Source: Leucoraja erinacea (Eukaryota). Taken from it: 64,000 nt of DNA. Where the stretch lies: the NCBI RefSeq assembly GCF_028641065.1, contig NC_073387.1:3162001-3226000 (forward strand). The letters are read 5' to 3'. The translations under genes were made by a program, and so were the position numbers. Under the pieces are notes generated by a model that was not told the origin of the DNA, made no database searches, and saw nothing but the letters and a program-made list of their open reading frames with translations. This document shows positions 49,522-63,502 of the stretch, one piece after another. Position 1 is the stretch's first letter; every line of letters begins with the position of its first letter.

Positions 49522-51943
49522 TCATACATAGTCCACGTTATTTATCATTAGTTGTGATAAATTATACCAAAATCTCGCGGACATTTACAAATTAAATTCA
49601 AAATTCAGATGTCAAGAATCTGAAGTGCTAGAAATACTCGGGTCGGGCAGCATCTGGGGATAGGCGATGGGGTTAACATTTCAGCTCGGAGTCTTAGCAT
49701 TAATTTGGTTTCTCTTTTTTACAGACACTGCCCAAATTGCCGACTGTTTCTAGTAATTTAAACGTTGGTCTGACTGGATTTTTCTTTAGCAAAGGAACAA
49801 AACTCATTAGGAGTGGCCTAATCCCAGGCTCCAGCTGAGGGAGTGGTGGCCAAGGTTGCTATTGTGGCAGACGAGAAAATCAGAAAGATGGAATCGAATA
49901 ATTGGAAGCTCTGAATTCAGTGGTGTCAGACAATTCTCTTCCCTGCATTAGTATTAAACTCTTCACAGGACAGCTCAGATCTAACTTCCACACCTCTAGA
50001 GAAATGCAGGATTCAGAGTTAAGCTGCTGGCACATCCAAACTCTTTTACTGCTCAGTTGGATTCAACACACTGATTTCTGCGGCCCTGCATAGCAACATA
50101 TTCTCCACAGCTATCCCATGAAGCAGAGCCTTGATCGAGCACTGACTTAGCCTCAAGCGACGAACCCTGAGACTGTTTGGACTGCATAGGACAGGGAGCC
50201 ATTTAATATATTTGAAGACTAGCTACCATTAAAAAACAGCTTGAAGATTAAAAACAATGAAGTAAAAATTAACAAGCAGCGAATGTATTTAAAAATTCAT
50301 CTACGTGCTACATTAAAAACATTAATATTTAACAAACCAGTTACCTTTCCTCACAGATCAGAAACCCAGTTTAAAACAATGCCAGGGTCAGATACAAAGT
50401 GCATGCAGATGGTCAATTAAGCACAACTGAGCTCTACAGCTTGTACACAAAATAAACACAAACGCTGGAGCAACTCAGCGGGTCAGACAGCATCTCTGGA
50501 TAGACGATATGGGTGACATTTCAGGTGTCTTCAGACATTCTTCAGAGTAGGTTCTCGATCCGAAACATCATCATACCTTCTATCCAGAGATGCTGTCAGA
50601 CCTGCTGTGTTACTCCACCATTGTGTGTCTATCTTCAATGTAGACCAGCAGTTCCTTCCTACATTGTACAGCTTTGTAATTGGTTTCAACACTGTGACAG
50701 GATAAGAATGGCATAACTCGATTTCCAACGAGTTCCATGTTGCACCATGCAAACACAGAAATAAGGTAGGCACTGGCTGCTCACTACTGAACTGCCAGCA
50801 AACAAAAAACAAAAAAAACAGAATTTTTCAGCCCAGTTACATTTAAACATATTTTACAATTCTGTCGGAGGAAAAATATTGTTCTTTGACAATGCACATC
50901 ATTATGAATAATGGTCTTTTGGAAAATTGAAACTATCCCTCAAAGCCAGGAACTTTAAAGAAATGGATAAGGAAATTCCAAATGCTTTCACCATTATTTT
51001 CCACTGTCACATTCACAAAACTTTGGTGTAGAAGGTTTCCCGCCAAGTTCTTTACTTTAACCATGACTACTGATCATAGCTTTTCTTTGCCTATATTCTC
51101 GTTAATGAAGACAGATTGTTCCATTAATCAAAAGTTACCAATCCTCCTCTTTTAGTTCCATATATTTCTGATTTCGCACCCTAACACTCATTTAAAACCA
51201 GTTACAATCATGAGTTTGTAATGAACCTGTATGGGTTCCAAATTTCACAATCTGAAATCAAAATGAAAATCAGGGGGAAACGGCAAAATGCATTGTGGAA
51301 GTTAACATTTTACATTAAATTTTAATATAACTAGCGGAATACTAAAAAATTTGCAAACCATACTAAGCAATGTCTGACAAGCATCAGACACTGCCATTTT
51401 AGGGCAGCAAAACTAAGTAATCGACTCGTGCTGATCTAGCCATTTACATATAGAGCGTGGGATGAATTTGTGCTGTTTCCAGGCAAGAAAGCCAGCCTTG
51501 ACAATGCCCTCTTCTCCTATGGTTATCTATCAAATCCCATTAGAAGGCAGATCTGAGATCCCCAGAGAAGAAAGGACAATGTTTCCATTTGAAGAAGGGT
51601 CCCAACCCAAAACATGGCCTAACCATGTTCTTCAGAGATGCTGCATGGCCAGTTGAGTCACTTCAGCACTCTTTTTTTGTAAACCAGCACCTGCAGAACC
51701 AACCGTTAGCACAATGAAGTATGCATTAAGATTGACCAAATGGAGGAAAAACCTACAAAACTGTAGATTTAATTGCTGATTCCAGAGGGAAGACAGAATA
51801 CCATACTTTCACCAGAAATAATATCCATGTCGGGTCATGGATCACCCAATCACTCAACATTCACCGAATCATAGCAGAATTTAACCATAGGAATGCTGTG
51901 TAAATGGAATTTCAGTGTTTTCACTCAATACGTTTCTGATTTA

Positions 51944-52183
<240 letters not shown>

Positions 52184-53839
52184 TTAATTCAAATATTGAC
52201 ATTGAAAATAAACAGCAAACTCCATATTAACCATATAAACCATATAACAATTACAGCACGGAAACAGGCCATCTCGGCCCTACAAGTCCGTGCCGAACAA
52301 ATATTGTCTGATATCTCAGAGCTGCCAGCATGACAAACTACAAAAAGCAATGGTTAATTAATATGATCTCTCAACAAGTATTTGGATAAAAGAAGAATTA
52401 TTTGAATAGTATTGATAAAGGGAAGAATCTAACCCAGGACACCCACTGTTCTTGCTCAAAATAATATTCTCGAATTTGAAATGACCAGTCTTTATATGGA
52501 AGTACAACTTGGAACATGAGTATAAATTCCAAGCTCCAGCAAGTTTGCATATTTCCAATCACAGGGCATATGTTACCAGTGTAGCTATATAAACATCACA
52601 AATAATACACATTGCAATTGGATGGGATTCTTCATCAATTCATGCCTTGCATCGTCATTTATTTTAAGTAATTTGCTCAAAATTATCCTCAACTTCAGAT
52701 ACAATTAAAAATCAATGCTTTCCAAAAAGGAATTTCAAGTGTAATACAGTCTGAGAAATCACCAACAGGAACTACCCCACAGGTTTTCATAGAAGGGTGT
52801 TCTCTATTTTAGAGCCCCATCAATTATAGGATGGCTCACATGAAGATAAGTATATTTATCCTCAATCATCACCTTTGAAATTCATCCTCAATCACACAGC
52901 TTTGAAACTCCCACCAAGCTCCATCATTCTTGATTTTGGGAATAGCAGGAAGAAATTGTTCCAAAATTCTACTACTATTAACATTAAGCGGTTTCTGATA
53001 TCTGCATTTTACTGCAGATTATGCTTTTTTATATTCAAATCTCCCTCCAAAAGGAAACAACAGGTAGGATTCCATCAACTGTTTAATTATAAAAGTGTTC
53101 CTTAAACTGCTGCATAAACCTTGTATCTCCTAAAAGTTATCCATACAATCTATCCTGGTATTTCAGTCATTTTGATTACAATTTGGCACATTTGCGATCT
53201 TGACAAAGGGAACCTTTTTGAGGTGTGGCACAAACATGAATGGAATATCCGAGACAGTCGAACCAGACAAAAGAAAACTAAATTAAGTGCTCAGCAAAAT
53301 CAATGGTGGAAGGTGGAGCTAAGCTTAGTGACCCATTATAAGAAATGGAAAAATTGAGTGGACAGATTTTAAGATGAAGAATAATGGGGAGTATAGGAAA
53401 CTGATTGGCATTAGAGATTGAAAGGTAAAAAGGGTCATCAGACAATATTGGAAATCTAAAAACTGTTGGAAACGGTCAGTTCCATGTTCAGTCTACAATA
53501 CTGTAATATACTGAATGAGAAGGTGCCATCCCTCAAGTATTGTTGAGCAAAATGCAGTGAAGGCAAATAGGCTAATTGGAGTGAAATGAAGAACTGAAAT
53601 GAATTTAAGGTCTAATCAAACATTGTTAAACTGTGAACAGTTCAACCACTCTAATTGGGGTCTCAAGATTAAAGAGTCCATCAGCATTTTCAATATTTGT
53701 TGCACATCAACAACTTTGTGTTCCATGCACAATTACAGTGCCTAGAATCTAGCCAATTAGAAAACAGTCTGAAAATGCTCAGTAACTATTGATCGCACCT
53801 ATCGACTAGCAGGATGTCAGGCTAGCACTTTACACCTGG

Positions 53840-55455
53840 TGCAAAAGTGCTATTGAAGGTAGGAATAGGAAGATATACGACAGGTGAATGTGTGGCTGAG
53901 CAGATGGTACAGGGGCCAGGAATTTAGATTTATGGGAACTCATCTGGGACTGATGTGATCTGTACAACGACAGGTGGCATCTAAAGAGGAAGGCAGGTTT
54001 GCAAGTGCTACTCAGGAAGGTTTAAATTAAATTGGCAGGGGGTAGGATCTAATGTAGTGAGACATGTGGGAGGCTGGAAGTCAACAGAAGCAAGTTTAGT
54101 GGAAAGGATAGGCAAGAGTATGGCAGGGAGTGAGGAAAGATTAAGGGATCCAATTGGATTTACTTCAATACTTGAGGCCTGACAGGTTAGGCAGATAATC
54201 TCAGGTTGTGGTTAAGTACATGCGAATGGGATGTTACAGCCATTATGGAAACATGGCTAGGAAAGCACAAATGTACTAGGATATAGGTGTTACAGGCATG
54301 ATAGAGGTGGGGGTAAGAGGAGAGTGAATTGCTTTACTGATTAAGGTGAACATCACAACAATAATCAGAGATGACATTACTGGAGGGTCGTCCACAGAAT
54401 GTTTATGGGTAGAGTTGAGAAATAACAAAGGGGGTGGTCACCTTGTTGGTATTGTGCTATTGTGCCCCCAACTAGACAACAGGACTGAGGAAGAAATATG
54501 CCGGGAGACAGTTGATCTGTTTCTCAGAGGCCTGTGACTGGTGGCGTGCCGGGGGGGGGGGGGGGGGGGAGGTCGATGATGGGCACATTGTTGTTTGTCA
54601 TCTATAGAAACGATTTGGATGAGAATGTTCAAGGATGAAACTAAAATATGTGGTATTGTAGACAGTGGAGATGGTTATCAAGAATTTTATCAAGCATTAC
54701 AGTTGGATATTGGTCAGTTGGGCATAAGAATGGTAATTTAGGTAAATGTGAAATGGTACATTTAGGGAAGTCAAACGAGGGTAGGACCTTCACAGAAAAA
54801 AGTCAGATCCTGGGGAAAGTTGTAAAGCAGAGTGATCTTGGAGTACAGGTACACAGTTTACTGACAGGGGTGCTACAGGTAGATGGGTGAAGCAGACATT
54901 TGGCACATTGGCCTTCCATCAGGGAGATGAATAGAGAAATTGGGACGGTATATTATAGTTGGGGCCACAACTATACCTGGCATTGTTGTGTTGAGTTTTG
55001 GGTCACCCTGCTATTGGAAAATTGCCATCATGTTGCAAATAGTGCAGAAAAGATTCCTGCCATGACTTCAGGGTCTGGCGTATAGAGTATAGACAGGTTA
55101 GGACTATTTCTTTGAGTGCAGGTGTCTGAGAGGTGATCTTATAGAGGTGTATAAATCAGGAGGTCTTTTTCCCCAGGGTAGGGGAAATCAAGAACTAGAG
55201 AGCATAGGTTAAGATGAGGGGTAAACCCGAGCGCTAATTTTTCCATACAGATGGTGGGAGGATATGGAATGACCTACCAGAGGATGTAGTTGGGGTAGGT
55301 ACAATAACATATAAAATTTGGACAATTGGACATTGATGGAAAAGAGTTTCAGGAAAATAGGGCAAACATAGGTAAATGGGGCTGGCTTACATGGGGCATC
55401 TTGGTCACATTGGATGAGTGGGCCAAAGGACCCGTTTCAGCTGTGGATGGCCATG
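53840..55455 (+). mobile_element. Old, internally deleted CR1
   Basis: Esterase-like remnant, SSTECLWVELRNNKG, GKCEMVHLGKSN, CR1 tail. Confidence 0.65.
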
Positions 55456-56084
55456 AGTCAAAGATAATTTTACCATAAGGCCCTCCATTCAGTCAACATA
55501 TCAAGAAATATAAAATTAGGCATAAACAGCCAAAGAGCAAATAACCAATATTTCCATTCTGTCTCCTACCCATTTAACATTCTAGTCAAGAAATATTGGA
55601 CCAATTACGTCCACCTTTTTTGTTACAGTTTCTTATTCAATGTCTTCTCGAAGTCCCTATTAACATTCACACCAAAACCTTTATTTTTACATCCTTAAGA
55701 AATATCAAATGTGTAATTTTAGTGGTCTATTCTGGCTCACTATTCGTCTCACACTGTTCCAATGTTCTGTCACACTATCCATAATAAGAGATTCCATTAA
55801 CAAAATAAAAGAAATAAGCATATAGTCTCCTCGTTTCCAAAATTTTCAGATAAATATTTCACTTTGCTCCTTTGATTGCTCTACTTAAGTAGACATCAGG
55901 GAGTAATAGAAGAATAGAGAATGTCAATACAGCAAAATGTAATTGTTCAACCTGTATCCAAAGCACTTTTCTATTCAGATACAAGTATGACACAATACAA
56001 GCCAATTATGCATTAATCAGGGCCTGTAATGACAGAGCTGTATGATGAAACAGAGTTCCATTCAACATGGACTGAAACCCATGG

Positions 56085-56386
56085 CCTTTCTGTCCTGGGC
56101 CTCCTCCATGGCCAGAGTGAGGACCACCGGGAATTGGAGGAGCAGCACCTCATATTTTGCTTGGGCAGTTAATACCCCAGTGGCATGAACATTGACTTCT
56201 CCAATTTCAGGTAGCCCTCACTGTCTCCTCCCTTTCTCAGCTCTCTGGCTCCTCCTCTTCCTTTCTTCTTCCCGCCCCCACCCTACATCAGTCTGAAGAA
56301 GGGTTTTGGCCCGAAACATTGCCTATTTCCTTCGCTCCATAGATGCTGCCGCACCCACTGAGTTTCTCCAGCACTTTTGTCTACCT
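56085..56386 (+). mobile_element. Penelope-like 3' fragment with terminal repeat
   Basis: LEEQHLIF.LG-coding segment followed by CAGTCTGAAGAAGGG...CCCGAAAC. Confidence 0.8.
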
Positions 56387-56542
56387 GCCATCTAGTCCTG
56401 CCTGAGATTGAGATCGTTAACATCAAATTTCAAGGTTGACAATAAACTAGGCCATTAGCATAACTTCAGGACATAATCTCTACAACATGATATAAAAGTT
56501 TGATATAAAAATACCTAACTACAAAAAGTAAATTACTCTTCT

Positions 56543-56835
56543 CAAAGGAGTTTGAGCAGTTAGGGAATAAATTAAAAAGCAGAACCTCGAGGGTACTGAT
56601 CTCCGGATTGCTACCTGAGCCACGGGCCAAATCGGCGAGGGTACGTAAAATTAAAAAGCTAAATGCGTGGCTCAAAGACTGGTGTGGGAATAATGGGTTT
56701 GGTTTCTTGGGCCACTGGCACCAGTACTGGGACAGGGGGGATCTGTTCTGTAAGGACGGACTTCACCTGAACGGTGCTGGGACTGGGGTCCTGGCAAATC
56801 ATATAACTAGGGCAGTAGAGAGGTCTTTAAACTAA
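56543..56835 (+). CDS. CR1 ORF1 C-terminal fragment (SGNH/GDSL esterase)
   Basis: VLISGLLP...NAWLKDWC...DGLHLN (DxxH), typical of the CR1 ORF1 esterase. Confidence 0.85.
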
Positions 56836-56926
56836 GTAGCGGGGGGGAGGTATCAAGGGGGGGGTAATAACGGCAGGGGTAGAGGAAATAGAGCAGGGTA
56901 TCAGTGGGGAAGCGGAAAGTCAAAAT

Positions 56927-59821
56927 GTGACAGGAGACAGAATGTGTGAAGATAAAGCTTTAGATGTAAAAGGGGCAAAAACGGAAAGGAAGGGTAGTAA
57001 AAATCATCTGAAAGTGCTTTATCTAAATGCACGGAGTATTCGTAATAAGATAAATCAATTAACGGTGCAATTAAGTATATATAGTTATGATATCGTGGCC
57101 ATTACGGAGACATGGCTGCAAGGGGATCAGGACTGGGAGTTAAATATAGAGGGGTACTCGACAATTAGGAAAGATAGACAGGAAAGAAAGGGAGGAGGGG
57201 TGGCCCTTTTAATAAGGGAGGGAATAACGGCAATAGAGAGGAAGGATATTGCGTTGAAGGATCAGGATAGTGAAACAGCTTGGGTACAGATAGAGAATAA
57301 TAAGGGGAAAAAAACACTAGTGGGTGTAATTTATAGACCTCCAAATAGCTGTGACGCTGTTAGTCAGAACATAAATCTGCAAATAGTTGACGCATGTAAA
57401 AAGGGAACTGCTGTAATCATGGGGGACTTCAATTTTCATATTAATTGGGCAAACCAAACTGGGCAGGGTAGACTAGAGGAAGAGTTTATAGAATGTATTA
57501 GAGACGGGTTTCTAGAACAGTATGTCACAGAACCGACAAGGGGGGAGGCAATCTTGGATCTGGTCCTGTGTAATGAAGCAGGATTAATTAAAAATGTCAT
57601 AGTTAGGGACTCGTTGGGAACAAGTGACCACAATATGGTCGAATTCCATATTCAAATAGAAGGGGAGCAGGTTGAAACTCAGGCTAGGGTGCTTAGTCTA
57701 AATAAGGGGGATTATGAAGGTATGAGGACTGAGCTGATCAAAGTTGACTGGGATAGCAGACTCAAGAATAAGACGGTACATGAGCAGTGGTGTACGTTTA
57801 AGGGTATACTGTATACCCTTCAAGAAAAATTTATTCCTATGAAGAAGAAAAGGGGTAAGGGTAAGAACAGTCAGCCATGGCTCAGTAAAACTATAAAGGA
57901 TAGTATTCGGCTGAAGGCAAGGGCATATAAGGTAGCCAGAGATAGTGGGAGGGTAGAGGATTGGGAAGCATTTAAAGGTCAGCAAAAAATAACTAAGAGA
58001 TTAATTAAGACGGGGAAAATAGACTATGAAAGGAATTTAGCGAACAACATAAAAACTAATAGTAAGAGTTTTTATAGCTATATAAAAAGAAAAAGGGTGG
58101 CTAAGGTGAACGTTGGTCCATTGGAGGGTGAGACTGGAGAGTTGTTGGTGGGGAACATGGAAATGGCAAAGGCATTAAACAAGTATTTTGTATCAGTCTT
58201 CACCATAGAAGACACAAAAAATATTCCAACGCTGGATAAACAGGGGGCGGTAGGAATGGAGGAGCTAAATACTATTAAGATCACCAAGGAGGTGGTATTA
58301 GGGAAATTAATGAGACTGAAGGAGGATAAATCCCCTGGGCCTGATGGATTACATCCAAGGGTCTTGAGGGAGATAGCGGTGGGGATTGTGGATGCATTGG
58401 TGATAATTTTCCAAAACTCCCTGGAGGCAGGAACGGTCCCAGTGGATTGGAAAATGGCCAATGTAACACCTATATTTAAAAAAGGAAGTAAACAGAAGGC
58501 AGGTAACTATAGACCGGTTAGTCTAACATCGGTGGTGGGTAAAATGTTAGAGACAATTATTAAAGAAACACTAACGGGGCACTTGGATAAACATGACTTC
58601 ATCGGACAGAACCAGCATGGTTTTGTGAAGGGGAAGTCCTGTTTAACGAATCTGCTCGAATTCTTTGAGGAAGTAACAACCCGGGTGGATAAAGGGGAAC
58701 CGGTGGATGTGGTATACTTGGACTTCCAAAAGGCTTTTGACAAGGTGCCACATAAGAGACTATTGCTAAAAATAAAAAATTATGGGATTGGGGGTAATAT
58801 ATTAGCATGGGTAGAGGATTGGCTAACAAATAGGAAGCAGAGAGTGGGGATAAATGGTTCATACTCGGGATGGCAACCGGTAACTAGCGGGGTTCCGCAA
58901 GGGTCGGTGCTGGGACCCCAGTTGTTCACAATTTATATAAATGATTTGGAGGAGGGAACCAAGTGTAATATATCAAAATTTGCGGACGATACAAAAATGG
59001 GAGGAAAAGTAGGGGATGAGGAGGATAGGAAGAGTCTGCAAAAGGATATAGATAAGCTAGGTGAGTGGGCAACAACTTGGCAGATGAAATTTAATACTAA
59101 TAAATGTGAAGTCATTCACTTTGGGAAAAAAAATGATAGGGCAAGTTATTTTTTTCTAAATGAGGAGGAGCTGCGTTGTAATGCAACGCAAAGGGATCTA
59201 GGGGTATTAGTACATGAATCACTGAAAGTTAGTATGCAGGTGCAGCAAGCAATCAGGAAGGCCAATGGAGTTTTGGCCTTTATTGCTAGGGGGATTGAGT
59301 ATAAAAACACGGAGGTCTTGCTGCAGCTGTACACAGTATTAGTGAGACCACATTTGGAATACTGTGTACAGTTCTGGGGTCCATACTTAAGAAAGGATGT
59401 ACTAGCCCTGGAGGCAGTGCAGCGAAGGTTTACAAGATTAATTCCTGCAATGAGGGGATTGACGTATGAGGAAAGGTTAAGTAGGCTGGAACTCTACTCT
59501 TTGGAGTTTAGAAGAATGAGAGGCGATCTCATTGAAACATATAAGATCGTGAGGGGCCTTGATCGGGTGGATGCACCGAGGATGTTCCCAATGATCGGGG
59601 AGACTAGAACTAGGGGACATAGTTGCAGAATAAGGGGGGGCTCTTTTAAAACTGAGATGAGGAAGAACTTCTTCACCCAGAGGGTGGTTAATTTATGGAA
59701 TTCACTGCCCCAGGGAGCAGTGGAAGCAGAAACTTTAAATATATTTAAGACTAAAATAGATGGTTTTTTAGCTGCCAAGGGGATAAGGGGCTACGGGGAG
59801 AGGGCAGGGATATGGACCTAG
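56927..59821 (+). CDS. CR1 ORF2: AP endonuclease plus reverse transcriptase (964 codons; first ATG at 56942)
   Basis: [50 protein letters not shown] and FADD, with no stops or frameshifts. Confidence 0.97.
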   Translation: MTGDRMCEDKALDVKGAKTERKGSKNHLKVLYLNARSIRNKINQLTVQLSIYSYDIVAITETWLQGDQDWELNIEGYSTIRKDRQERKGGGVALLIREGITAIERKDIALKDQDSETAWVQIENNKGKKTLVGVIYRPPNSCDAVSQNINLQIVDACKKGTAVIMGDFNFHINWANQTGQGRLEEEFIECIRDGFLEQYVTEPTRGEAILDLVLCNEAGLIKNVIVRDSLGTSDHNMVEFHIQIEGEQVETQARVLSLNKGDYEGMRTELIKVDWDSRLKNKTVHEQWCTFKGILYTLQEKFIPMKKKRGKGKNSQPWLSKTIKDSIRLKARAYKVARDSGRVEDWEAFKGQQKITKRLIKTGKIDYERNLANNIKTNSKSFYSYIKRKRVAKVNVGPLEGETGELLVGNMEMAKALNKYFVSVFTIEDTKNIPTLDKQGAVGMEELNTIKITKEVVLGKLMRLKEDKSPGPDGLHPRVLREIAVGIVDALVIIFQNSLEAGTVPVDWKMANVTPIFKKGSKQKAGNYRPVSLTSVVGKMLETIIKETLTGHLDKHDFIGQNQHGFVKGKSCLTNLLEFFEEVTTRVDKGEPVDVVYLDFQKAFDKVPHKRLLLKIKNYGIGGNILAWVEDWLTNRKQRVGINGSYSGWQPVTSGVPQGSVLGPQLFTIYINDLEEGTKCNISKFADDTKMGGKVGDEEDRKSLQKDIDKLGEWATTWQMKFNTNKCEVIHFGKKNDRASYFFLNEEELRCNATQRDLGVLVHESLKVSMQVQQAIRKANGVLAFIARGIEYKNTEVLLQLYTVLVRPHLEYCVQFWGPYLRKDVLALEAVQRRFTRLIPAMRGLTYEERLSRLELYSLEFRRMRGDLIETYKIVRGLDRVDAPRMFPMIGETRTRGHSCRIRGGSFKTEMRKNFFTQRVVNLWNSLPQGAVEAETLNIFKTKIDGFLAAKGIRGYGERAGIWT

Positions 59822-60249
59822 GTATGGTTAGTATAGTAAGACCCGAGTGATCTCCTGGACAAGTGCCGATCGCCTAGATTGGGGTCGGAGAGGAATTTCC
59901 CGGATTTTTTTCCCCGAATTGGACCTGGGTTTTTATCCGTTTTTTTGCCTCCCCCAGGAGATCACGAGGTTCTTGGGGTGGAGAGGGGTGATAGCGGTAT
60001 AAAGGGGAGGGTAGTGTCTTGTGTTCTGTGTCTTGTGTCTACTGTTTGTGGGTAAGTGTGTCTGTTTAGTGTTCAGCCATGAGCGAATGGCGGTGCGGGC
60101 TCGATGGACCTGGTGGTCTGCTCTCGCACCTACTTTCTATGTTCTTATGTTCCTTAAGTTCAAGTATTAAATGCCCTAACCAATGTAGTATAGCCACAGA
60201 TACTGAAACTTCAATCCTGTTGTCTTCAACCAGTAAATCTATGCAGCAG

Positions 60250-62350
60250 TATACAAAATCTGCTGGAGGAACTCAGCAGCTAAAGCAGCATATGTGGAAG
60301 GAAATGGACAGTTGACATTTCAAGCTGGATCCCTTCACCGGGACTGAAAGAATAGAAGGGAGATAGCCAATATGAAGAGCTGGGAGCTGGGCTGAGAAAT
60401 GATAGCTGGAGGCAAAAGGCTGCTTATGATAGAATATATGGAATCTGGGAAGAAAAGATGAGGCCTTGATCCAAGGGGAGGTAAAGTGGGCAGGGACCCA
60501 GTGGGACGTACAGATGAGTGGTTTGGGGTAGGGAAAGAATCACGTGTGTTAGAGGAAAACCCGGTTAGATCAGAATGAGAAAGAAAAAGCCGCAGATTAT
60601 CTGAATATGGAGAATTCAATGTTCAAACCATTAGGTTATAGGTGGAATATGATGCCGTCTTTCCAGTATGCGTTTGTCCTCGGCCTGGCAATAGAGAAGG
60701 CCGAGGACAGACAGATGGGTGTGGAATTGAAAAAATAATTAGAATCCGAAGCTCCTGATGGTCAAAGCGGACAGAACACAGAGGCTCGGCAAAGCGGTTC
60801 TTTAGGCTGTTGGTCTGACTAATGTACCGGAGACCACATCGAAAAAACACAATGCTATAGGCAAAGTTGAAGGCAGTGCAGATGAATTACCGCCTCAACT
60901 GGAAGGCTGTTTAGGTGCCTATGATAATGGAGGTAATGTAGGGAGGTAGTGTAGGGACAGACAGGGGAACCTGCCTTGGGAGGAGAAGGGGTGAGCAAAC
61001 CAGTATTCACAGAGAGAGTGGGAAGGAAGTGCAGATGCTGGTTTAAATCGAAGATAGGCACAAAATGCTTGGAGTAACTCAGTGGGACAGGCAGCATCTC
61101 TGGATAGAACACCTCTGCTCAGTCCGCCTAAACCTACCTGATCTCCTGGTTGCTCAACACTTTAAATCCCCCTCCCATTCCCACACTGACCTTCTGTCCT
61201 GGACCTCCTCCATTGTCAGTGAGGCCCAGCACAAATTGGAGGAACAGCACCTCATATTTCGCTTGGGTAGTTTACATCCCAGTGGTATGAACATTGGGTT
61301 CTCTAACTTCATGTAGCCCTTGCTTCCCTCTCTCTCTCTATCCCCTCCCCGTTCTCCTACCAGTCTCACCATCTCCGACAACATTTTACCTCTATACTGC
61401 CAACTCCCCTGACATCAGATACGTTATCCACCAGGTGGCGCCGTATTCCACCGGGTGACTCCGTACGATGGCAGCCTTGCAAACAGTCGGTCTTGACCAT
61501 TATTTCTTTTATTGTTTTTAGTCTATTGTTTTAGTGTATCTTTAGTCTTGTATCATGTTGGGGGTGGGAAAACTGTTTTTTAACTCTTTCCTCAATGGAG
61601 ATGCAACATTTTCCGTATCGTATTTCCGTATGTTATGTTGTTATGTTAATTTTTATGTAGTTGTGTGTCTTGTTGCTTTTTTTGGTATGACTGTATGGCA
61701 AATCAAATTCTTTGTATGTTTATACATACTTGGCTAATAAATTAATTACAATTACAAGAAAGGTCTGGACCCGAAACGTCACCTCTTCCTTCTCTCCAGA
61801 GATGCTGCCTGTCCCGCTGAGTTACTCCAGCATTGTGTGTCTATTCACGGGGAGAGTGCTCAACATGGAAACTAGAAAGCTGTGGAATGGGGAAAATCCA
61901 ACTGATGGTGGGATCACTCTGTAGCTGCGAAATATCAATGATTTACTGAATGAAGAGGCAGATGGGGGTGAAAGGTAAACATTAACACTATCTACCAGGC
62001 AAGGATGTGGACAAAGGTTCCAACATCCACAGTGCTAGGGAGAGGAGAAAAAGGAGTCAGTTTCCTGAAAGTGAAGGACATCTCAGATCTCTGGAATGGA
62101 AGGCCTCGACTCAAGAACAGTTGCAGCAGAGATGGAGGTAATTAGAGATATAGATGACATCCTCACAGGAGAGTGTAGGAGGAGGCTTAGTCTAGGTAGC
62201 TGTGGGAGTCATTGGGTTTGCAGTAAGGGTCAATGGATAGTGTGTCTTGAGATGGCAACAGTGATCAAGCAAGGGGCGAGAGGTATCAGAAATGGCCCAT
62301 GTGAATTTAAGTGCAGGGGTGAAGTTGATGAATTGAGTTCCACGCAAGTG
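60250..62350. mobile_element. Pile-up of Penelope-like fragments in both orientations, with a small insertion at about 61425-61757
   Basis: RFAE-, EHL.SVRLNLP- and KLEEQHLIFRLG-coding remnants and terminal repeats. Confidence 0.65.
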
Positions 62351-62750
62351 TTGCTGGGCTATGGCAAGAATACGGGGATAGGGAGGTATTCAACAAAAAG
62401 TGACTATTCAAATCTGCTCTTTGATCACACAGATATATATAGTCATGCCTCGATAGGGTTAGCTTGTGAATAAAGAGGTGGGGCAAGATTGGGATTGGTT
62501 CCATTGGCCTGCTCTACTTCGCCCCAGCATCCGAGTCATTCTTTTAAACCAAATAACGAAAGCTTGCATCTTAGATCAGATACTGGGACTCTTGGCGTCA
62601 AAGGAATGGATTCAAAATATACATTTGCCAGACTTCTTGATAAAAGGGAAACAATTCAAGTAACAATTCAACATGCACGATAACAAATTCAGACATTGCA
62701 ATATTGAGGGGGTGGTGGAAATCTGTAGAAACTAATAGCTCTGCCCATAC

Positions 62751-62889
62751 CGTGCTTCTTTGGTAGATCCACTGTGAATTTGTGTAGTACTTCCCGTGTG
62801 TTTCCCTGTAGAGTACCGAACAAAGCTCCAGTACCATCAATTACGATGAACCCAAATTTGCTGTCATCCGATAGAAGCGCAGTAAGAGC
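62751..62889 (-). CDS. ETF1: eRF1 exon [46 protein letters not shown](G)
   Basis: ag|GCT...CACG|gtatg, 139 nt, near-identical to vertebrate eRF1. Earlier exons presumed right of the window. Confidence 0.97.
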
Positions 62890-63502
62890 CTTCCAAGAAA
62901 AGAAACAATTTATGTCAATTTCAAAATGAAAAATAACTATGAATGTTGTGCAAGAGATCAGAAGCAAGTCCCATTTGACAGCGACTGTTTTGATGGAAGA
63001 TCAGAATGGTTGTTCACTTCAGTTAACAAAGAGTTGGCTAAATACCAGGCCCTCAAATCTCAACCTACAGATGGTGCACCTGTGGTCCATTTCAGAGTTG
63101 AAAATTCCTGTGTTTCTACAGAATAATTCTGGATAAGCACACGGTGCGACCTTAAATGAATGCTGGTCTACTGCCATCCTTGAGAACAATCAGATCTGGG
63201 GCTCATCGACTTTATTAGATTTGTATTAGTACCCTCTCAGGCATGGTGACTAGCATTTCTCTCTCAACACAGGTAAGGAAATTATCTGGATCCTTTGAGG
63301 GAACTTACAATGTGCAGATTGACTGCAGCATTTAATATACTGCAACGGAGAGAACTAGACAAATTTACTTTATTTGTTTAAAGTCCCAATGAATGCTCAT
63401 TTTCTCGGGCACCCCATAGAGGCCAGAAACACAGAAAATGTTACGGGAAACAAGTATTAAAAACAGCATTCCCCATTATTTCTGAATCTCAACGGGTACT
63501 CT

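Larger units (their letters stand above)
56543..60155 (+). mobile_element. CR1 LINE, 5'-truncated in ORF1, intact ORF2, full 3'UTR; antisense within an ETF1 intron
   Basis: ORF1 esterase tail, APE-RT ORF2, 3' end TTCTATGTTCTTATGTTC typical of CR1. Confidence 0.95.
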
